Source of the DNA: a virus
Taxonomy: Duplodnaviria; Heunggongvirae; Uroviricota; Caudoviricetes
Direction: 5' to 3' (one strand)
Length of the DNA stretch: 19,302 bases
Virus record (IMG/VR): IMGVR_UViG_3300006139_000503
In this document: piece by piece, positions 8,062 through 15,604 of the stretch
How the letters are laid out: each line of letters begins with the position of its first letter
Numbering within the stretch: the first letter of the stretch is position 1
Made by a program: the position numbers and the translations under genes
The notes under the pieces: generated by a model
What the model was told of the DNA's origin: nothing
What the model saw: only the letters and a program-made list of their open reading frames with translations
Database searches by the model: none

Positions 8062-8638
8062 GTCGTTGGCTGGAACGAGTGGTGTTAGCGAAATCCCAAT
8101 CAGAGATGACGCTCTGACGCAACCGGAAGATGCTTACTGCGAACTTCCCAAGCACAATGCGGTATATACGAACTTACTAAAAATATATGAAAATACTACA
8201 AGAATAAACATATATTTGAAAGTCCTTTTTAAATTTACATTTTTTATAGTTGCAATATACATATGGTTGAAAATGGTTTTTATATTTAACGATTCTTTTT
8301 ATAGCGTTTTGAATATAATTAAAACCAACAAGACATTAGATAGTCAAGCTGTCTTGGATTTAATAGCGACTTTTATTCCTCCACTTGTATCGCTCACTAC
8401 TTCATTTATTATAATACCAAAAATTATTGCGAAATATCTATTCAACATAAAGGAAGAAAAAAGTATGGTTGAAATAATAAATAATCTGCAAAGGTATGAC
8501 ACAGCCCTCTATGGACATAGATACAAAGAACGGTTAACGCATAACCCTAGCGGCACTGCTCCTGATGAAACTACCTCTGCAGAACCTATTCCTAGTGAAG
8601 CCGTTCCTGATGAAGTTACTTCTACAGAAGCAAGTTAG
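8054..8638 (+). CDS. Two-TM membrane protein with low-complexity acidic tail, coupled to the peptidase; candidate toxin/effector
   Basis: 8-nt overlap with the upstream gene, RBS GAGGTGG, two hydrophobic segments, motif IPKIIAKYLFxxKEEK. Confidence 0.8.
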   Translation: MLRSLAGTSGVSEIPIRDDALTQPEDAYCELPKHNAVYTNLLKIYENTTRINIYLKVLFKFTFFIVAIYIWLKMVFIFNDSFYSVLNIIKTNKTLDSQAVLDLIATFIPPLVSLTTSFIIIPKIIAKYLFNIKEEKSMVEIINNLQRYDTALYGHRYKERLTHNPSGTAPDETTSAEPIPSEAVPDEVTSTEAS

Positions 8639-8728
8639 ATATGTTGTCTACGCGACCCAAAGAGCATAAGTACCACATAGTGCTGATGCTCTCTATTAAT
8701 TACTGCAACTATACCCGAATCACCCGCT

Positions 8729-8758
8729 ATATCAACGAATGGAAGTCGACTGAATTTT
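8729..8758 (+). repeat. 30-nt direct repeat, copy 2
   Basis: 27/30 identical to 7105..7134. Confidence 0.85.
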
Positions 8759-8768
8759 GAAACAAAAA

Positions 8769-8798
8769 TTGAGCCATAGCTTAAATGCTATGGCTCAA
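8769..8798. terminator. Perfect 12-bp hairpin terminator; the better U-tail is on the minus strand
   Basis: TTGAGCCATAGC-TTAAAT-GCTATGGCTCAA preceded by AAAAA (8764-8768). Confidence 0.8.
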
Positions 8799-8799
8799 C

Positions 8800-9040
8800 C
8801 ACCTTTCATTCCACTCTTGTTACCGTATTCGGTAACGAAGAATCCTACTTTTCGTAGAATGTACTATTGATTTCAAGTCCGTTCTGGTTAACGGAAACGT
8901 GAAATTCTATAGTATCCTTAGAGAAGATACTGTAGACCAGGTAGTATCCTAAATCCCAGCACTACGAGCATGTTGCACTTGCATCCCTAAATAACTATCG
9001 CAAGACAAAGAACAAATGCTGCCGCTTCGTCAGTTTATTT
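8800..9040 (-). ncRNA. Candidate structured RNA, block A
   Basis: No long ORF; several hairpins (GTTACCG/CGGTAAC, CCGTT/AACGG, AGTATC/GATACT); motifs shared with block B; points into the 8769 terminator. Strand and ends uncertain. Confidence 0.3.
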
Positions 9041-9188
9041 CACGCTTGAAATAGTCACATTTTTAACATATTTATACTGATATTTGAATAAGCATATACT
9101 AACCATATTGATTAAATGATGTGTCAAAATATATTCAATTTTTTAATAAACTTTATGACTAAGGATTAGGAAAAGGATTTTTATATTG

Positions 9189-9217
9189 TTGACTAATGCT
9201 ATTCTTTGTTATATAAT
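9189..9217 (+). promoter_or_regulatory. Near-consensus sigma70 promoter of the two-gene cyclase-like operon
   Basis: TTGACT-17 nt-TATAAT. Confidence 0.8.
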
Positions 9218-9248
9218 GTAAAAAAATATATGGTAGGTGAACGTATTT

Positions 9249-10262
9249 ATGACAGAGAAAAACCAAAGAAAAATGCTTTTTCTATACCCCAATGAACTAA
9301 AAACTGATGATTTAAAAAATATACGCTCTATAATGAGGTTATCCCCAGATTTGAAGGAAATAGTAAATAGTGTTAACCATTTTATCAAGCAGATAAGCGA
9401 AAAAATAGGCGAAACTCAATGTCCTTCTAAGATTCAATGTACTTCTGTTTCTAATTATGAAAAAGTAGTTACTGAATATCATAATATCCGATTATGTTTG
9501 GTGCAACATAACGATATAAAATACAATAATATTTACAACAAAATAATTGACGCATACAAACACAACAGCAGTGATATAAGTCATTTAATTTCATTATCAA
9601 TTACATCTCATAAATATAAACTCGGAGAAAAAACCAAATGGAAATATGACCCACAGAAGGATTTTGATATCAACATTGAAACGCATTTAAATTACTTAGA
9701 GTACATTCTATCATCTATTATGTTAGATATCATCTTTTATAGATACTTTAAGTTAAGCAATAATTTATCCGAAAGGAAGAAGTTTTCTAAAGAAAAAAAA
9801 GATTATATTTTAAACCTCAAGTATAATGATAATAAAATTATCCAAAAATATTATGGAAGTAATATTACAGAATTGAATAAAACAAGCTATCTATCATTAT
9901 CCTATCCTCTAGTTTTAGAACACTGTTGCAATAACAGCATAAGCTTGGATGATTTAATTCATTTTCTACTAGAGGATTACTGGAATTTAATTATTAAAAC
10001 ACTCTTCGTTGAAATAGAATTACTAGAAAATTATACAATGTTTGACCCAAACAATCAATATAGCAAATTTGATAAAACTGTACGGATGCAAATCAGTGAT
10101 GTAATTCCAGCTTTCTGTAAGCAAAACAATGTCGACTTCCCCTCATTGGTAGCTATAAAGAAGGGCTCCGTTGAACTCTCTGATTGCTATTTCGTAGAAG
10201 ACAGCAGTGTGTTTTTAGCATTAAACGGCTCATTTAACTATTTTAAATTAATTTCTAAGTAA
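9249..10262 (+). CDS. Hypothetical protein, soluble, no confidently recognised domain (start ATG9249)
   Basis: Long AT-rich ORF; AGGTGA RBS at 9235-9240; 14 nt upstream of the next gene. Confidence 0.8.
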   Translation: MTEKNQRKMLFLYPNELKTDDLKNIRSIMRLSPDLKEIVNSVNHFIKQISEKIGETQCPSKIQCTSVSNYEKVVTEYHNIRLCLVQHNDIKYNNIYNKIIDAYKHNSSDISHLISLSITSHKYKLGEKTKWKYDPQKDFDINIETHLNYLEYILSSIMLDIIFYRYFKLSNNLSERKKFSKEKKDYILNLKYNDNKIIQKYYGSNITELNKTSYLSLSYPLVLEHCCNNSISLDDLIHFLLEDYWNLIIKTLFVEIELLENYTMFDPNNQYSKFDKTVRMQISDVIPAFCKQNNVDFPSLVAIKKGSVELSDCYFVEDSSVFLALNGSFNYFKLISK

Positions 10263-10276
10263 ACAGAGGTGTTGAT

Positions 10277-11296
10277 ATGGGATATATTTCATATTTTGAT
10301 TTATTAGGAACAAAAAATTTTAAAGACGATGCTTGTGAATATGAAGAAAATATTAACATCTTTTATTCAGAAGTCGAAAAAGGAACTATTTTTTTAAGCG
10401 GGCTTGGCGAAGTAGGCTTGTTTAGTGACTCCGTTTACGCTTTTTCCAGGGACTTAGAGCGGCTTCTGGATTATTTAATTTATTTGAGGGAGTCCTTATG
10501 CGCACATGGCTTATTTTTTAATGCTGTAGTTTCAAGAGGCGATTTGGGTTCATTTAATCTCCAATCATCGGGACAAGAACTTCCTGTTTTTGGAGTAGGA
10601 TTTACGGACAAATCAATAATAGACCTATATTTAGAGCAGACCTTGTTTAAAGGAATTGGCATAAAAATTAATAACCAACTTATTAATGAGGTAAATGAAA
10701 TCTCGAGCTTAAAAATAGCCAACAGCTTCTACTACACATCTTATCCATATAATCTAAAGCCATATTACGATATTGCATATGACGTAACGAATATGTCATA
10801 TGACAAAAAAATGAAAAATATCCTCTCATTAATAATCAAAAGTGCACTTAAAGCGTATTCTGTAAATATTAATCACGGAAGATACTATACTTCTTTGTTT
10901 TTTACTATCATGGATAGTTATGATTCAAAACAAATCAATTGGGATTGGGAACAAGATGATAAAACATTTAAAGGTCTGCCCGAAATATTTAATATTATAA
11001 TAAATATTTCTACAGGAAGATACGATGAATGCAAGGACTGGATTGGAATAGACGCCCTCTGTCTTAGAATCATAGATATGATACTTTGTAGTGAAAAAGT
11101 TGACAACCGAATATTAAGAGATATTATTAGTGTTTTTATTAATTTCCCTTGCCTAAAAAAATATATAAATTCATTAGACAGTATTCCTGATGTCTTTTCG
11201 ACTCCAGTTAACAAAAAGAAATTTATTAATTGCGTTCAAGATTATTTTGCACACGATTTAGTTCAAAAATTAATAGGTGATACGTCCTACAATTAG
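10277..11296 (+). CDS. Class III nucleotidyl cyclase-like protein with C-terminal extension
   Basis: YISYFDLLGTK (D8) and GLFSDSV (D51), two Asp 43 residues apart as in class III cyclase metal sites; downstream FFNAVVSRG and FGVG...LYLEQ fit the fold; RBS GAGGTG. Confidence 0.6.
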   Translation: MGYISYFDLLGTKNFKDDACEYEENINIFYSEVEKGTIFLSGLGEVGLFSDSVYAFSRDLERLLDYLIYLRESLCAHGLFFNAVVSRGDLGSFNLQSSGQELPVFGVGFTDKSIIDLYLEQTLFKGIGIKINNQLINEVNEISSLKIANSFYYTSYPYNLKPYYDIAYDVTNMSYDKKMKNILSLIIKSALKAYSVNINHGRYYTSLFFTIMDSYDSKQINWDWEQDDKTFKGLPEIFNIIINISTGRYDECKDWIGIDALCLRIIDMILCSEKVDNRILRDIISVFINFPCLKKYINSLDSIPDVFSTPVNKKKFINCVQDYFAHDLVQKLIGDTSYN

Positions 11297-11302
11297 CTTT
11301 AA

Positions 11303-11524
11303 TTAGGAGCCGATAAAATACTTGTGTCAGTAATAATTGCCATACCTATCTCAATTACCAAATATCTCTTCAGTGCAAAAGAAGATAAAAATACTACTGA
11401 CATTATCTTACATACGCAGGAACATGACACAACAGGAAGACAATGGACTCTGGATTTCAAAAAGACAGAGCACGAATCTGCAAATGAACCTGAAGACACA
11501 TCAAATAATAATGAAAGTGCATAG
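11303..11524 (+). pseudogene. 3' fragment paralogous to membrane gene 8054..8638
   Basis: IAIPISITKYLFSAKEDKNTTDIILHTQEHDT aligns with IIIPKIIAKYLFNIKEEKSMVEIINNLQRYDT; frame begins after TAA 11300-11302. Confidence 0.7.
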
Positions 11525-11533
11525 ACAGAATCT

Positions 11534-11562
11534 AAAGAGCAGGGCTTACTCTCCTGCTCTTT
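11534..11562. terminator. Hairpin terminator
   Basis: AAAGAGCAGG pairs with CCTGCTCTTT (10 bp perfect). Confidence 0.75.
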
Positions 11563-11599
11563 CTCAATTATATAATACTATGATTGGCTTCAATGAATG

Positions 11600-11850
11600 C
11601 ACATCTATCCCCTGCTAAGCAAACTCGACAACAAATTGTCGTTAAGTTTAGTAATCCTAAAGCGAATTAGGCATGTTGCCCGCACATTACAGGGGCTAAT
11701 TCTTCATGTCTGACCAGTCGCTCCTCCCGCAAGGATTTCAAGTCAATATCCGGAAGGATGTCTTTTAGTATCTCTCGTATGGAATCTACAGCAGAAACTC
11801 AGGGACTTGCACCCTTTGCAATCGCTTCCCACCACTGGCAATAAAGATAT
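11600..11850 (-). ncRNA. Candidate structured RNA, block B
   Basis: Visibly GC-richer than its flanks; hairpins CGACAA/TTGTCG, CCTAA/TTAGG, AGGG-ACTTGCA-CCCT; shares motifs with block A. Strand uncertain. Confidence 0.3.
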
Positions 11851-11882
11851 CTTCTTTAGCAGTCAAGTAGTCAAGTCAAAAA

Positions 11883-12226
11883 TTGGCTAAAGATAAAATT
11901 GCTCAGACGGGTGATGTCACAGGAACTACCACTGCTGTAATTTCTTCATTTGTTACTATATTGGCGTCTCTTTTTAACCTCCCCAAAATAATCGCGGAAT
12001 ATTTGTTTAACCCGAAAGAGGATAAGAATATATCTACAATTGTTGGCAGATACAACAGTATGACATTGGTATGTATTCTGTGGAAAGAGGTTTAGAACTG
12101 GAAATGATGAGACAGAGGGGTAGCGTATCAGGAAGCGATTCTGCTCCTGTATCTGACGAATATCCTGGGAACCCTGATGATATGGTCATAAACGCAAATG
12201 CTGTATCTGTATCAGCATCAGAATGA
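11883..12226 (+). pseudogene. Second fragment of the same membrane-protein family, 5'-truncated and frameshifted near 12048
   Basis: LFNLPKIIAEYLFNPKEDKNISTIVG, then in a shifted frame IQQYDIGMY...SVSASE-stop, matching LQRYDTALY...TEAS of 8054..8638. Confidence 0.75.
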
Positions 12227-12507
12227 TAAACTAAACACGTTCTTCGGATACAAAGAACTCCTTTCTTTTTGAAGTGTATAGAAGCGGCAGGTATGTCATA
12301 ACAATTCCCGCCGCCATTTTAATTATGTTTCATTTCCTGCTATTATTAAATAGATGCATTAAATATTGTATCTTTAAACATTATATCTAGTCAAAATATA
12401 TCCTCTGCATATTGTAATTTATAAACTTATGTTCTATCTACTCAATTGTCGAATATTGTTATATAATGTAGATAATATAGATTAAAATAAAATTGGAGGG
12501 GGTAAAA

Positions 12508-13425
12508 ATGAAACAACCAACTTGTGAAATGTGTGGCGGAACTGACCTCATGAAGCAGGATGGCGTCTTTGTATGCCAAAACTGTGGTATGAAATATTCC
12601 GTTGAAGAAGCAAAGAAAATGATGATTGAGGGTAATGTTGATATCCAAGGTACCGTTCAAATTGATAATTCATCTTTTGTACAAAAATATCTTTTAAATG
12701 CACGTCGTGCATTTGATAAAGAAGATTGGGAAGAAGTAGAAAAATATTATAATATGGTCGAGCAAAATTCTCCCGATAATATAGAAGCCGTATTCTTTAG
12801 CGCATATGGCAAAGCTATGTTAGCTCTTACTGATTCTGATTACTATAAAAGGCAGCAGAAGTTTACAGTACTCAATAATTCAATTTCTGTTATCAATGAT
12901 TACTATGAAGTAACGGACGAGGATAAAGAGGCCGTCCTTACTAAAATCAGTGATGCAATACTTAAAATGTCCTCAATAAATTATGTTTATGATACAAAAG
13001 CTGGTTATTCAGTCGGTGGAAACAATTGGCAGATAAATTTGTTCACCGCCACAAAAAACGCCTTTGTGACACAACTCAGACAACTCGGCGCAAAGCATAA
13101 TGACATTTACATTCAAGAACTTATAAAGAAAATGTCAACAGCTCAAACAACCAATAATGGATGTTACGTAGCTACTGCTGTCTATGGTTCTTATGATTGT
13201 CCTCAGGTTTGGACGCTTCGTCGTTATCGTGACTACACCCTTGCTGAAACATGGCATGGAAGAGCATTTATTAAAACTTATTACGCAATTAGCCCTACTC
13301 TTGTAAAATGGTTTGGACACACGGAATGGTTCAAGAAAATGTGGAGAGGGAAACTTGACCGTATGGTTGAAAATTTACAATCTAATGGTATTGAGTCTAC
13401 ACCTTATGAAGATAGAAGATGGTAA
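12508..13425 (+). CDS. TFIIB-type Zn-ribbon, helical (TPR-like) region and C-terminal CFI-box-CTERM-like domain protein
   Basis: CEMCGG...CQNCG; GCYVATAVYGSYDCPQVWTLRRYRD...YYAISP; GGAGGGGG RBS favours ATG12508. Confidence 0.85.
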   Translation: MKQPTCEMCGGTDLMKQDGVFVCQNCGMKYSVEEAKKMMIEGNVDIQGTVQIDNSSFVQKYLLNARRAFDKEDWEEVEKYYNMVEQNSPDNIEAVFFSAYGKAMLALTDSDYYKRQQKFTVLNNSISVINDYYEVTDEDKEAVLTKISDAILKMSSINYVYDTKAGYSVGGNNWQINLFTATKNAFVTQLRQLGAKHNDIYIQELIKKMSTAQTTNNGCYVATAVYGSYDCPQVWTLRRYRDYTLAETWHGRAFIKTYYAISPTLVKWFGHTEWFKKMWRGKLDRMVENLQSNGIESTPYEDRRW

Positions 13426-13463
13426 AAAATCACGCTGAAGCACTCTGCTTTGGCGTGATTTTT
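13425..13463. terminator. Terminator after the CFI-box gene
   Basis: AAAAATCACGC...GCGTGATTTTT stem with inner AAGCA/TGCTT. Confidence 0.8.
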
Positions 13464-13480
13464 ATAAAGGAAGATAGCAC

Positions 13481-13513
13481 AATTCCACTGGCTTTAAACA
13501 ACCGATAGTTCAC
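13481..13513 (+). other. Possible degenerate IS200/IS605 right-end remnant
   Basis: AATTCCACTGGCTTTA-9 nt-TAGTTCAC mirrors AAGCCCATCGAGCTTTA-9 nt-TAGTTCAC at 6957-6990; hairpin arm lost. Confidence 0.35.
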
Positions 13514-13756
13514 AGGTATTAGAACAATGATTATACAAGTCTATGTATTTTAGAACCAAATTATTACTATTTTATTGTTTGTAATTATTTTTATAGTATG
13601 CGTTACACTTATTTCACAATACTTAAAATTTTCTTCCTACTTAATAGCTTTTTATTAACTCAAACGGAATCCCTTTTTAACAAATACATGATAATATCAT
13701 TTTTGAATAAAATATTAAATGAGTTATGAAAATTAGAACTAAAGGAAAGTGCTAAA

Positions 13757-14077
13757 ATGACACAGGAAGAACTGCAAGATATGCTTCAGACATCGCTCGC
13801 AGAAAGAGCCGGTCTTGAAGAACTGTTGGCAAAGCAAGATAAAAAAGATAAAAAAGTAATTAGCGTTTATTGCGCAAACAACAATCCAGCAGATATTTAT
13901 CGAACTTTAAAATTGTTAAATCAACATAAAGGAATGCCTATTCACGATAAAGAAATAGTTACCAAATTTAAAAACAACTATCCCAATAGCCTAACGATTA
14001 AATCCATTTGTGAGTTTGAGGATTTAAGAGACATATATAGTACTTATTTAGAATCTGGAGGAAACGATAATGAGTAA
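13757..14077 (+). CDS. Hypothetical protein, gene 1 of a coupled four-gene operon
   Basis: AAAGGAAAG RBS; 8-nt overlap with the next gene. Confidence 0.75.
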   Translation: MTQEELQDMLQTSLAERAGLEELLAKQDKKDKKVISVYCANNNPADIYRTLKLLNQHKGMPIHDKEIVTKFKNNYPNSLTIKSICEFEDLRDIYSTYLESGGNDNE

Positions 14078-14285
14078 TTCTTATGTTTTTCGTATTCTCA
14101 CAGAAGCCAAAAAATCGCAACTAATACATACGTTTAATTTGAGCAATATACTGATTAACGAAAGAACCGCTATTTATGAAAATACTAATATGCGATTAAG
14201 CATAGATAAAAAAGTTATACGTGTTTTGCTATTCCGTGAGGATAAAATACTTTTAGAAGAATTGAGGAATTTTTTTTATGACTAA
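14070..14285 (+). CDS. Small hypothetical protein, operon gene 2
   Basis: GGAGG RBS; overlaps both neighbours. Confidence 0.7.
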   Translation: MSNSYVFRILTEAKKSQLIHTFNLSNILINERTAIYENTNMRLSIDKKVIRVLLFREDKILLEELRNFFYD

Positions 14286-14745
14286 CCATATTGACGACTT
14301 TGATAAGACAGTGACTATTTTTGAAGATATCTTGCGCTCTTTAAACTATTCTTATAAATCTATTAATTTAAATGATGACGATATTAACTACATTGTTTGT
14401 ATCCCTGCAACGGGTAATCTGAAAAAATTAGATATAATTCCTGTGCTAATGTATCTCAACATTAAAGATTATTCTCTTACTATTTTGGCTGGAAATATAT
14501 ATCGTTTTAAAAAAGGAGAAGACGTAAATCCTTTTTACAAACTTGTTAATTCAGTTAATGAACTAATCAAAAGCGGAACCTTTACTGTAAACGAAAAATC
14601 AAATCAAATTTTATACTTGGATTCTATGTATTGCGGAAGCGACTTCAAAGAATTATCAAGAAACAAAATAAGATTGTTAATCGATTCATTTATTGACGGA
14701 TTGTCTGTTTTATTAACATCAATAGCCAGAATGGAAAATAAATAG
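14278..14745 (+). CDS. Hypothetical protein, possibly YbjN/T3SS-chaperone-like fold, operon gene 3
   Basis: GAGGA RBS; about 155 aa with FYKLVNSVNELIKSGTFTVNE resembling the LLNELN...F.V pattern of YbjN-like proteins. Fold call is weak. Confidence 0.6.
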   Translation: MTNHIDDFDKTVTIFEDILRSLNYSYKSINLNDDDINYIVCIPATGNLKKLDIIPVLMYLNIKDYSLTILAGNIYRFKKGEDVNPFYKLVNSVNELIKSGTFTVNEKSNQILYLDSMYCGSDFKELSRNKIRLLIDSFIDGLSVLLTSIARMENK

Positions 14746-14746
14746 T

Positions 14747-15220
14747 ATGAGCCAACTCCCAAAAAATCAACAGCACAACTCTCTATTAACACTTACAATT
14801 GGTATTATGGTAGCTGTCGGACGGGCATACTTATCTGATAACAACCCCGACGATTTAACTACCATAATGTCTATTGTCAATATAGTCGCATTTGGATTCG
14901 TAATCACATTAATGCTTAACGATATCTATAATGCCGTAAACATACGGATTTCTGATTCTGGAAAGTCAACAAAAAGCAAACAAAAATTAAAATTTCTACT
15001 GGAAGTCTTTTTCTTATGCACTTTCACTCTTTTCTCTATTATAGGCATCAATTACATAATAAATCACCGAAACACTACATCTAACGATATAATCTCAATC
15101 ATTGCTTTATCATTTTCCATAGCAAATGATGGCTTTGTACAATTGGTCGAAAATCCATTATATAAACTCATATGTGCTTCTGAGAGATGTGGCAAAAATA
15201 ATGGCCGGCATAATAAATAA
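14747..15220 (+). CDS. Multi-pass (3-4 TM) membrane protein, operon gene 4
   Basis: Starts 1 nt after the upstream stop; several hydrophobic segments. Confidence 0.75.
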   Translation: MSQLPKNQQHNSLLTLTIGIMVAVGRAYLSDNNPDDLTTIMSIVNIVAFGFVITLMLNDIYNAVNIRISDSGKSTKSKQKLKFLLEVFFLCTFTLFSIIGINYIINHRNTTSNDIISIIALSFSIANDGFVQLVENPLYKLICASERCGKNNGRHNK

Positions 15221-15434
15221 GAAACATACAGGGCTGATTCAAAAAAGTCTGGCATAGCTTGGGCAGTTGAAAGATATAACAGTGAAATAGCTTAAGATAA
15301 AAGAGCGCATTATTAATAAACACCTGTCCGCTATTTAACCATATATCATTCCAAAACGATATATGGTGTATTTATTGATATTATTTATTTTTCTATGCTA
15401 TACTGTTTATACCAAAAAATAGGAGGTATTTACA

Positions 15435-15596
15435 ATGAGAAAAACTAATATTATCAACACTGCACGAGACATGACTGCCAAAGAAAAACACAATCAACCG
15501 AAAACAAATCATATATTCTCCAGAAGGCCTGCGCATCCTGCACCTAAATCCGGAGAAAATACTAATGAAGGAGGAACTGCTCAATCGAATCACTAA
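15435..15596 (+). CDS. Unannotated 53-aa hydrophilic peptide MRKTNIINTARDMTAKEKHNQPKTNHIFSRRPAHPAPKSGENTNEGGTAQSNH
   Basis: Perfect AGGAGGT RBS at 15421-15427, 7 nt before ATG; directly precedes the membrane gene. Confidence 0.65.
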   Translation: MRKTNIINTARDMTAKEKHNQPKTNHIFSRRPAHPAPKSGENTNEGGTAQSNH

Positions 15597-15604
15597 TTAA
15601 ATAT

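Noticed and set aside
8869-11744. tRNA-Ser(TGA) genes suggested by minus-strand GACTTGAAATC at two sites
   Set aside because: The anticodon stems do not pair beyond 2 bp, and no acceptor stem, D arm or properly placed T arm is present.
11717-11744. Solitary type I-C CRISPR repeat mimic (GTCGCTCC...GGATT)
   Set aside because: The 3' hairpin arm and ATTGAAA end are missing; the match is too short to separate from chance.
11790-11850. Group II intron or twister-sister ribozyme from GGGTGCAAGTCCC
   Set aside because: No domain V or GTGYG 5' end, and the other twister-sister core elements are absent; kept only as a generic T-loop-like motif.
11860-11879. AGTCAAGT tandem micro-repeat as a recombination site or promoter
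   Set aside because: Gives three TTGACT hexamers on minus but no convincing -10 at the right spacing, and no second copy at other junctions.
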